Assembly: GCA_029907355.1 (NCBI GenBank)
Contig: JARYLZ010000007.1
Location: forward strand, 6,275-70,274
DNA from: Bacteroidota bacterium
Lineage (GTDB): Bacteria; Bacteroidota; Ignavibacteria; SZUA-365
Direction: 5' to 3'
DNA: 64,000 nucleotides
Below the pieces are notes generated by a model, which was not told the origin of the DNA, made no database searches, and saw only the letters and a program-made list of their open reading frames with translations. The translations under genes and the position numbers were made by a program. Below are positions 28,582-36,431 of this stretch, in pieces (within the stretch, counting starts at the first letter, position 1; each line of letters opens with the position of its first letter).

Positions 28582-28751
28582 CCGGAACCGTCGAACAGCA
28601 TCACGGAGTTCGAGCCTATGAGGACTCAGGCGGGCCGAAGCAATTCCCGCAACGACACGCGGTACCACGGGTACTGCCAGAGAGGATCGAAACGGTCGTA
28701 TCCCATCCCATGAAGCATTGAACGGGAGAAAAGGCGGAGGAGGGATTCTAT

Positions 28752-29768
28752 ATGCGTGGGAACAGTTTCGGGGAATTCCTCGTGCTCACGGGTTTCGGAG
28801 AGTCGCACGGTGCGGCGGTCGGGGCGGTGGTCGACGGCTGTCCTGCGGGTATCCCGCTCGGCAGAGAGGATTTCGCGGCCGCACTCCGGCGGAGGCGGCC
28901 CGGCTCTTCGCCGCTCGTAAGCGGGCGGATGGAATGCGACGAGCCGGAAATCCTCGGCGGTATTTTCGAGGGTCGGACGCTCGGAACCCCGATCGCGGTC
29001 ATCGTGCGCAATATCGACGCGCGGAGCGACGACTACGAGCGGGGCATCTACAGGCCGGGCCATGCGGACAAAGTCTGGGAAGAGAAATACGGGATCCGCG
29101 ACTACCGCGGCGGCGGACGCGCTTCCGGACGGGAGACCGTCGCGCGCGTCATCGGTGGCGTGGTCGCGGAAAAGATTCTCCCGAGCAGCGTCCGCATCGT
29201 CGGTTTCGCGCGGAGTATCGGTCGCATTACCGCCGTGGACATCCCCGATGAGCTGACGCGGGAAATCGTCGACCGGTCCCCAACCCGGTGTCCCGACCCT
29301 TCGGCCGCCGCACGCATGGAGAAAGACCTCCTCGAGTGCAAGGAAACCGGAGACAGCCGCGGCGGCGTCGTGGAACTGCGCGTGGACGGCGTCGCCCCTT
29401 CCCTCGGGGAACCGGTGTTCCGGAAAGCGAAGGCGCTCCTGGCCTCTGCCATGATGAGCGTCGGCGCCGTCACGGGCGTGGAACTCGGCGACGCATTCGA
29501 CGAAACCCGTCTGGACGGGTTCACGTACCATTCTCGGGGGGGCGAGGCCGCGGCACATACGCACGACGCCGGGATACTCGGCGGAATCACGACCGGCGGC
29601 CGCATCGTGCTCCGTTGCGCGGTGAAACCCGTTTCCACGATCGGCGAGACAGCGAAGAGAGGCAGGCACGACCCTTGCATCGTGCCGCGCATCGTTCCCG
29701 TTCTCGAGGCCATGACCGCCCTCGTACTCGCCGATCTCACCCTCGCAGCCCGATGCGACAGGGCATGA
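28752..29768 (+). CDS. aroC: Chorismate synthase
   Basis: The N-terminus MRGNSFGEFLVLTGFGESHG and the internal GRSSARETAARV-like block (GRASGRETVARV) and C-terminal region are typical of AroC. Confidence 0.9.
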   Translation: MRGNSFGEFLVLTGFGESHGAAVGAVVDGCPAGIPLGREDFAAALRRRRPGSSPLVSGRMECDEPEILGGIFEGRTLGTPIAVIVRNIDARSDDYERGIYRPGHADKVWEEKYGIRDYRGGGRASGRETVARVIGGVVAEKILPSSVRIVGFARSIGRITAVDIPDELTREIVDRSPTRCPDPSAAARMEKDLLECKETGDSRGGVVELRVDGVAPSLGEPVFRKAKALLASAMMSVGAVTGVELGDAFDETRLDGFTYHSRGGEAAAHTHDAGILGGITTGGRIVLRCAVKPVSTIGETAKRGRHDPCIVPRIVPVLEAMTALVLADLTLAARCDRA

Positions 29769-29901
29769 TGCGAACGAAGGGAGTTCCCCCTCGACACGTG
29801 GTCTCTTTCCGCTGTTTCCGAAACCTGTTCGAGCGAACGACCATGGATACCGACCCAGCGCTTTTCCATCCCCGACGGCGCCGTCTCCACCGGGAGGAGA
29901 C

Positions 29902-32271
29902 ATGCTGGAGATGCGGATGATGACGCACGCCGACGTCATCCGGGTGGCGCATCTCTCGGACGTCCCGTTCGACGAATCATGCGTGGTCTTCGCGGACCGC
30001 CGCCTCCCAAACGAATTCCTCAGCCGCCTGCCCGACCCGATCCTCGTCGAAGGCGGTGAAACGCTCAAGACGCTCTCAGAAGTCGAAAAGCTCGCGGATC
30101 TCGCGACCTCCCGGCGTTCGACGAGGCCGATGACGCTCGTTGCGGTCGGCGGCGGTTCCGTCGGAGACGCCGTCGGGTTTCTCGCGAGCATCCTGTGGCG
30201 AGGCGTCGGCCTGCGGCACATCCCCACGACACTCCTTGCCATGGCCGATTCGGCCCACGGCGGCAAAACGGCGATGAACACGATGGGAGCGAAGAACCAG
30301 CTCGGGACGTATTACGAGGCCGAGCGCATCTATATCGTGGAGGAATTCCTCGCGACGCTGTCGCCCGCCCAGCGGCGCGATGGATTGACAGAGATGCTCA
30401 AGGCTCTCATGATCGCAGGGACCGAAACCATCCGCCGGCTCACCCCTGAGGACATCGAGGCCCTATGCTTCCTCCCTTACGAATCCATCGCGGCGCACCT
30501 CCGGCCTCTCCTCGACGAGGCGATCCGCATCAAGCGGGACATTGTCGCGGCGGATCCCCGCGAGGAGCGCGGGATCCGCACCGTTCTGAATCTCGGCCAC
30601 ACGCTCGGCCACGCTTTGGAAACGGCCTCCCGCGTTTCCCACGGTACCGCCGTCGCGTGGGGGTTGGCCGCGGCGCTCGAACTCTCGGCCGCCGGGGACC
30701 TCCGCGGCGATGTCCGTTCCTCGCTCGATGCCCTGTTGTATCCCTTGCTTCGCCCGATACCCTTCCCGTCGGGCGACGTCCTCCGTCAGGCAATGGAGCG
30801 CGACAAGAAACGGCAGGGCGGTGTCATACGCTCCGTCCTGCTCAAGGATGTCGGACAGCCCGCGATCGTCGAGCACCTCACGAGCGGGGAATGGGTCTCC
30901 GCGTTCCGCCGCGTGTACGATCGTTTTGTCGGCACACCCGTCGTCGCCCGGCTCCGCGACCCGCGGCGCGTTCTCATCCCGATCGGTGCGGGGAAATCCG
31001 AACTGAACCGCGCACTCGTCATCGCCGCCCGGCGACCGGGCGCCACGCGCATCGTCGGGCACAGCGACTGCGACGACGTACGCTTCTGCGCCGCCGGTAT
31101 CAGCGCCCTCGGTTTTCCCTTCGAAGAATCGCCGGAAGGCTATGCATTCGCTCCTTTCGCACGGCGGACGGCGACACAGACGGCTGCGCCGCGGCGGGTG
31201 TTTTGCGGCGAGGGCGGAACGACGCTGCGTTTCCTCCTCGCCCTCGCGTCGACGAGCGCCAGGGAAACGCGACTCTTCTGCGCGCCGGCTCTCCTCGCCA
31301 GGCCTCACGGTCCGCTCATCGACGCCCTGCGGTCGGGCGGGGCCGAAATTGAACGTTTCGACGCTGCGGACGGGAGCGGTTTCCGGGTCCGCGGGTGGGA
31401 ATCGATGCCCCCCCACCTGGAGGTCGATGCGTCGCTCTCCTCGCAGTATGCTTCCGCGCTCGCCCTCCTCGCTGCGGGTGCGGAATCACCCTTCACGCTT
31501 AAAATCTCCGGGAACGTGGCGGAAGGGTCTTTCTTCGACTTGACGCTCGCGATGCTCGCGCATGCGGGCGTCGAAACCATCCGAACGGGGGACCTCGTTG
31601 CGTTCAATCCGACGGAACGCCTGCGGCAACCGCTCGAGATCGCCATCCCACCAGACGCAAGCGCTCGTGCCGTATGGGAAACGGCACGGTATTTCGAGCA
31701 CCCCCTCCTCCTTCCCGATACGGACTCGATTCACCCGGACGCTGCGATCGGTTCTCTGCTCGAAGCGATCGTCGCGGGACAGAGGGGAGGGGAAATCGCG
31801 CTCGACTGTTCGAAGACGCCGGATCTCGTCCCTCTCCTCACCATAGCCGCCCTCCGCTCCTCGAAACCGGTGCGCATCACGGGTGCGGCCAACCTGCGCT
31901 GGAAGGAATCGAACCGTCTCGAAGGGTTGGTTTCTTCGCTCGCCGCCCTGAATATCGAGGTCCGCGCTACCGTAGACGGTGTCTTCATCCCGGCGGGTGC
32001 CGCCCTGTCCATAAATCCTGAGCGCTTCGAGACACACGGCGATCACCGGCTGGTGATGGCTGGTCTCCTCCTCTCGATGCTCACCGGGGAAGTGGAACTG
32101 AGCGAAGCCTGGTGCGTCACGAAATCTTACCCCGAGTTCTGGGACCATGCCCGGATGGCGGGCTGGAGCGTTCGGCCGGTGCACGCCGAGGCATCTTCCA
32201 GAGACAGTCGCGCAAGCAGCGGGGTCGACCAGACATGGTCGTCGCACCCGCCAGGGGAACGGGAGCGCTGA
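29902..32271 (+). CDS. Bifunctional 3-dehydroquinate synthase / EPSP synthase fusion (AroB-AroA)
   Basis: The N-terminal half carries DHQ synthase motifs (VAVGGGSVGDAVGFLASILWRGVGLRHIPTTLLAMADSAHGGKTAMN). The C-terminal half carries EPSP synthase motifs (GEGGTTLRFLLAL, LLARPHGPLIDAL, KESNRL, HRLVMAG). Confidence 0.8.
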   Translation: MLEMRMMTHADVIRVAHLSDVPFDESCVVFADRRLPNEFLSRLPDPILVEGGETLKTLSEVEKLADLATSRRSTRPMTLVAVGGGSVGDAVGFLASILWRGVGLRHIPTTLLAMADSAHGGKTAMNTMGAKNQLGTYYEAERIYIVEEFLATLSPAQRRDGLTEMLKALMIAGTETIRRLTPEDIEALCFLPYESIAAHLRPLLDEAIRIKRDIVAADPREERGIRTVLNLGHTLGHALETASRVSHGTAVAWGLAAALELSAAGDLRGDVRSSLDALLYPLLRPIPFPSGDVLRQAMERDKKRQGGVIRSVLLKDVGQPAIVEHLTSGEWVSAFRRVYDRFVGTPVVARLRDPRRVLIPIGAGKSELNRALVIAARRPGATRIVGHSDCDDVRFCAAGISALGFPFEESPEGYAFAPFARRTATQTAAPRRVFCGEGGTTLRFLLALASTSARETRLFCAPALLARPHGPLIDALRSGGAEIERFDAADGSGFRVRGWESMPPHLEVDASLSSQYASALALLAAGAESPFTLKISGNVAEGSFFDLTLAMLAHAGVETIRTGDLVAFNPTERLRQPLEIAIPPDASARAVWETARYFEHPLLLPDTDSIHPDAAIGSLLEAIVAGQRGGEIALDCSKTPDLVPLLTIAALRSSKPVRITGAANLRWKESNRLEGLVSSLAALNIEVRATVDGVFIPAGAALSINPERFETHGDHRLVMAGLLLSMLTGEVELSEAWCVTKSYPEFWDHARMAGWSVRPVHAEASSRDSRASSGVDQTWSSHPPGERER

Positions 32272-32407
32272 ACACATGTTCCCCATCGTTTTCCGTGAAA
32301 CGCATAAGCTCTCGCTCTCTCTGTGTTCTCCGCGCTTCCGGGGTGCATGGCGAATCGCGTGAAAATGCAAACGCCGATGCACAAGCCCTTTTTCCTTCCC
32401 CGGTTCC

Positions 32408-33754
32408 GTGAGGTGTCGCCGGAAGGCTATCGCCGTGTTCCGAGCCGCCGATGACACGGATCGCCTTTGTCTCCGCTGTTCCCCGATGCGAAAACACCCG
32501 ATCTCCTCGTTCCCCGCCCTCTTCACAGCCCGACTGGGTCTTCCTGATGTGCTGCCCCGGACGACGCTGGACGGGCCATGCACGGTACGGGGGGGAGGCG
32601 TATGCACGCTGTGTCACGCCGGGGCGGTCGAATACGACCGAGAATACGAGGCGAGGAACCATGCTTTACGCGAGTTCGCCGGTGGCCTCGGCCTCCTCCC
32701 CGTGTGGCGGCCGCTGGTGGAATCTCCGCAGGGGCGCCGGTACCGGACCATCTCGAAGCGGAAAGTCTTCCGCGCAGGCGGGCGTGCGATGCTCGGCCTC
32801 ATCGTGAAAACGAGGCAGGGGAACATTTCCGCCGTACCGGTGGAATCCTGCCTGCTCGAACCGCCCGGCCATGCGGAAGTATTCCGCATCGTCCGGGAAA
32901 ACCTCGAAATGCCGTACGCGAAACCTCTCCCGGGCATCCTGCGCCACGTCGTCGTTCGGGGAGAGGAACAGAAATTCGCCGTCGTGTTCACCGTCTCACA
33001 GATAGGACATGGGGTCATGCATGCGCTGAACACACTCTCGAAACGCCTCGTCGGTGCGTTCGCCCCTGTGTCCTCGGTGCTCGTCTACCTGGACACTTCC
33101 GACGGCAGGTACTACTTCGGCGCTAAGGACCCTTCCCAGCGACCCCATTACCACCGCTTGTTCGGGAGCGAGTGGATGACCCAGACCATCGGCGGGGTCA
33201 ACTTCGTCCACCATGTCTTTTCCTTCTCCCAGGTGAACAGCGGCACGACGGAGCGTCTCACGGAAATCTTGCTCGCGGAACTGATTCCCAAACCTCTCGA
33301 CCACGTCTTCGACATCTACTGCGGTTATGGGCTCTTCAGTCTCGTTTGCGCACCGCGGACCCGCAGCGCTCTCGGCATCGATCAATCCGCCTTTTCCATC
33401 GAGAGCGCCCGGAAGAACGTCCGGCGCAGGAACGCCGCCCATGTGCGGTTCAGACGCGATGTCATCACGCCGGACACGGTCTTGAAACACCTCGCGCCTT
33501 GTACGACACACGATGTCGTGATCCTGGACCCCCCGAGGAACGGACCGGCTGCCGGCGTGATCGAGAGCATCGCCTTCCGCAAGCCGGCACGCGTCGCACA
33601 CCTGTTCTGCGCCATCGAACACGTGCCGAAAAGCATCGAGACATGGAAACGACAAGGCTACGATCCCGTTTCCGTCACGCCGTTCGATATGTTCCCCGGC
33701 ACGAACGACGTGGAGCTCTTGGCCGTTTTCCGGAGTTCGGCATGCCCCTCTTGA
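32408..33754 (+). CDS. RNA (uracil-5-)-methyltransferase of the RlmD/RumA/TrmA family (class I SAM methyltransferase with an N-terminal Cys cluster)
   Basis: The cluster CTVRGGGVCTLCH fits a 4Fe-4S site. The SAM-binding DIYCGYGLFSL motif and a C-terminal catalytic region (LDPPRNG..., FDMFPGT-HVE) follow. The start may be the internal MRKHPISS. Confidence 0.7.
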   Translation: MRCRRKAIAVFRAADDTDRLCLRCSPMRKHPISSFPALFTARLGLPDVLPRTTLDGPCTVRGGGVCTLCHAGAVEYDREYEARNHALREFAGGLGLLPVWRPLVESPQGRRYRTISKRKVFRAGGRAMLGLIVKTRQGNISAVPVESCLLEPPGHAEVFRIVRENLEMPYAKPLPGILRHVVVRGEEQKFAVVFTVSQIGHGVMHALNTLSKRLVGAFAPVSSVLVYLDTSDGRYYFGAKDPSQRPHYHRLFGSEWMTQTIGGVNFVHHVFSFSQVNSGTTERLTEILLAELIPKPLDHVFDIYCGYGLFSLVCAPRTRSALGIDQSAFSIESARKNVRRRNAAHVRFRRDVITPDTVLKHLAPCTTHDVVILDPPRNGPAAGVIESIAFRKPARVAHLFCAIEHVPKSIETWKRQGYDPVSVTPFDMFPGTNDVELLAVFRSSACPS

Positions 33755-33959
33755 TTCGGGAACTATACTGGATGCGGTTCGACCGCCCACGTGCGCACGG
33801 GAAAGCTCGTTCTCACCGTTCGAACCGAAGCGCCGTCCTCGCGCCCCGCGAGGTTTTTCCGAACTGCCTGTTTCATTTCATTCGCATCGTTCCACCGCAG
33901 CGTGAACGGATCGCCCGTTCTCACGCCGCTCCCTCGGCAACCGCAAGGAGACTTTCCGC

Positions 33960-35987
33960 ATGAAACGCCGTTTCGTTTTTCTCCCCATCGTTCTCTGTTC
34001 GCTCATCGCCCTCGCTCAAGCCCAGGACCGGATGACGCCCGAAATCCTCTGGTCCCTCAAGCGCGTCAGCGACCCCCAAGTGTCGCCGGATGGGAAATGG
34101 GTCCTCTTCACCGTCAATGCCCCGAGCATCGAGCAGAACCGCGGGAACAGCGACTTGTACCTCGTCCCGCTCGCAGGGGGAACTCCGCGAAAGCTCACGA
34201 CCTCGAACGCAGCGGATTACAACGGGCGGTGGTCGCCCGACGGCAGGCTCATCGCGTTCCTTTCCACCCGCGACGGATCCCCCCAGATCTACCTCATCGA
34301 CCCCTGGGGAGGCGAAGCGAGGAAAGTATCCGACATTCCCGAGGGCGTGTCGAATCTCGCGTGGTCGCCCGACGGCGCCTTCTTCTCGTTCACGACCGAC
34401 GTCAAAGCCGGCGAGACGCTCCACGAGAAGTACCCGGACCTTCCCAAGGCGAACGCCCGCCTCTACGAATCCCTGCCGGTGAGGCACTGGGACACGTGGG
34501 AAGACGAGAAACGATCGCACCTCCACATCATGCGGGTCGACGGGACGGATCTCCGTGACCTCATGCTGGGGGAACCGTACGACACGCCTCTGAAACCGTT
34601 CGGCGGGGGAACGCAGATCGCCTGGTCGCCCGATGGGAAAGAGATCGCCTACACGGCGAAGAAGGTCTTCGATTTCGCCGTCAGCACGAACTCGGACATC
34701 TATATCGTTCCCGCGAAAGGCGGGCCGGCGAAAAACATCACGGAAGGGATGGACGGGTTCGACCGCGACCCGCTCTATTCGCCCGATGGACGGTGGATCG
34801 CCTTCCACTCCATGGAACGCGCCGGGCACGAAGCGGACAGGAACCGCCTCATGCTGTACGACCGCCGGACTGGTGAAATCATCGAACTCTCCCGGACACT
34901 CGATCAATGGGTCGGCACGATGGTGTGGGCGCCCGACTCGAAATCGCTGTACTTCTCGGCGGAAGACAAGGCGACGGTCCAGATCTACCGGATTTCCGTG
35001 CCGGACGGCTCGTGGAAGATCCTGACCACCGGCTGGTACAACCACGACGGCGGGCTCTGCATCACGCCGGACGGGAAATCCCTCGTCTACGGCCGGAGGA
35101 ACTTCAACCGGCCGACCGAGCTGTTCGCCCACCCTCTCGCCGGCGGCGTGCCGCGCGCCCTCACGGACATGAACGGTGACGTCTTCGCGAAGATCGCACC
35201 GGCGATGATCCGGGAGCGGTGGGTGACGAGTACGGACGGGAAGAAGGTCCATTGCTGGGTCGTCCTCCCGCCGGATTTCGACTCGACGAAACGGTACCCC
35301 ATGATCACGTACTGCCAGGGCGGCCCGCAGTCGACGATCAGCCAGTTTTTCAGCTATGCCTGGAATTTTCTCCTCATGGCCTCGAACGGTTACGTCATTC
35401 TCCTCCCGAATCGGAGGGGTCTCCCCGGTTTCGGGCAGGAATGGAACGATGCGATCAGCAAAGACTGGGGTGGCATGCCGATGCAGGACATCCTCGCCGC
35501 CCACGACGCCATGGTGAAAGAACCGTACATCGACGGGAAGCGCTGTGCGGCCATCGGGGCGAGCGCGGGAGGCTACGCCGTGTTCTGGCTGGCGGGGAAC
35601 CACGATGGGAGGTTTTCCGCGTTCGTCTCGCACTGCGGCATCTTCAACCTCGAGAGCATGTACGGGTCCACCGAAGAACTCTGGTTCGTCAACTGGGAAA
35701 ACGGCGGCCCGTACTGGGACCCCGCCGCGAAACCCATTTACGACCGCCACTCCCCTCACCGATACGCGCAGAACTGGGACACGCCGATCCTCATCATCAC
35801 CGGGGAAAAGGACTTCCGGGTCCCTTACACCCAGAGCTTGGAAGCGTTCACCGTCGCCCAGGTGAAAGGCATCCCCTCGAAGCTGCTGATATACCCCGAC
35901 GAGAATCACTGGGTCTTGAAGCCGCAGGAACAGATCCTCTGGTTCCGCGAGTTCTTCGAATTCCTGGGAACGTACTGCGCACGCTGA
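33960..35987 (+). CDS. S9-family serine peptidase (prolyl oligopeptidase / acylaminoacyl-peptidase-like) with an N-terminal TolB-like beta-propeller
   Basis: Signal peptide MKRRFVFLPIVLCSLIALAQA. Repeated propeller blades run SPDGKWVLF / SPDGRLIAF / SPDGAFFSF / SPDGKEIAY / SPDGRWIAF. The C-terminal alpha/beta hydrolase has the nucleophile GASAGGY, with Asp and His downstream. Confidence 0.85.
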   Translation: MKRRFVFLPIVLCSLIALAQAQDRMTPEILWSLKRVSDPQVSPDGKWVLFTVNAPSIEQNRGNSDLYLVPLAGGTPRKLTTSNAADYNGRWSPDGRLIAFLSTRDGSPQIYLIDPWGGEARKVSDIPEGVSNLAWSPDGAFFSFTTDVKAGETLHEKYPDLPKANARLYESLPVRHWDTWEDEKRSHLHIMRVDGTDLRDLMLGEPYDTPLKPFGGGTQIAWSPDGKEIAYTAKKVFDFAVSTNSDIYIVPAKGGPAKNITEGMDGFDRDPLYSPDGRWIAFHSMERAGHEADRNRLMLYDRRTGEIIELSRTLDQWVGTMVWAPDSKSLYFSAEDKATVQIYRISVPDGSWKILTTGWYNHDGGLCITPDGKSLVYGRRNFNRPTELFAHPLAGGVPRALTDMNGDVFAKIAPAMIRERWVTSTDGKKVHCWVVLPPDFDSTKRYPMITYCQGGPQSTISQFFSYAWNFLLMASNGYVILLPNRRGLPGFGQEWNDAISKDWGGMPMQDILAAHDAMVKEPYIDGKRCAAIGASAGGYAVFWLAGNHDGRFSAFVSHCGIFNLESMYGSTEELWFVNWENGGPYWDPAAKPIYDRHSPHRYAQNWDTPILIITGEKDFRVPYTQSLEAFTVAQVKGIPSKLLIYPDENHWVLKPQEQILWFREFFEFLGTYCAR

Positions 35988-36431
35988 CCGCAGCGCCGAC
36001 CATCATCCGACCGGTCCCGAGGTCCGTGCCGGCGGCTTGGTCACTGCACGAGAGAAACATCGCGATCCGGCGGGACACACGGCGTGGGCGGAGCTTCCAT
36101 GGTATTCCCTCACGCTCGAAAATGTTTCCGAGAGGGAAGCGAACGGACCTTCGTCCCTGCTTGCGTCTTCCACGCTCCCGCACCGGCATGACGGGCTGAC
36201 GGGAGCTCTTCGAACGCCATTCTAACGCATATCGGGTTCTCGATCCCGCTTCGCCGGGGAGCGTGCTCGCGACGCTCTGCCCGCTTTTCCTTGCCCGAAA
36301 AAAAACGCGCACCGCATGTCCCGGGGTTTCCGGAAACCTGGCGGTGCGCGTCGCGAACGGCATCAGCCCTGCACGCGGCCGGTCCCCCCGGTTTCGGACC
36401 GAGGGGACCAGCTATGCGGAGGGAGAAAAGG

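Noticed and set aside
28626-30281. 551-aa minus-strand ORF
   Set aside because: It is antisense to aroC and to the ends of both aro fusion genes. It is Arg/Gly/Pro-rich.
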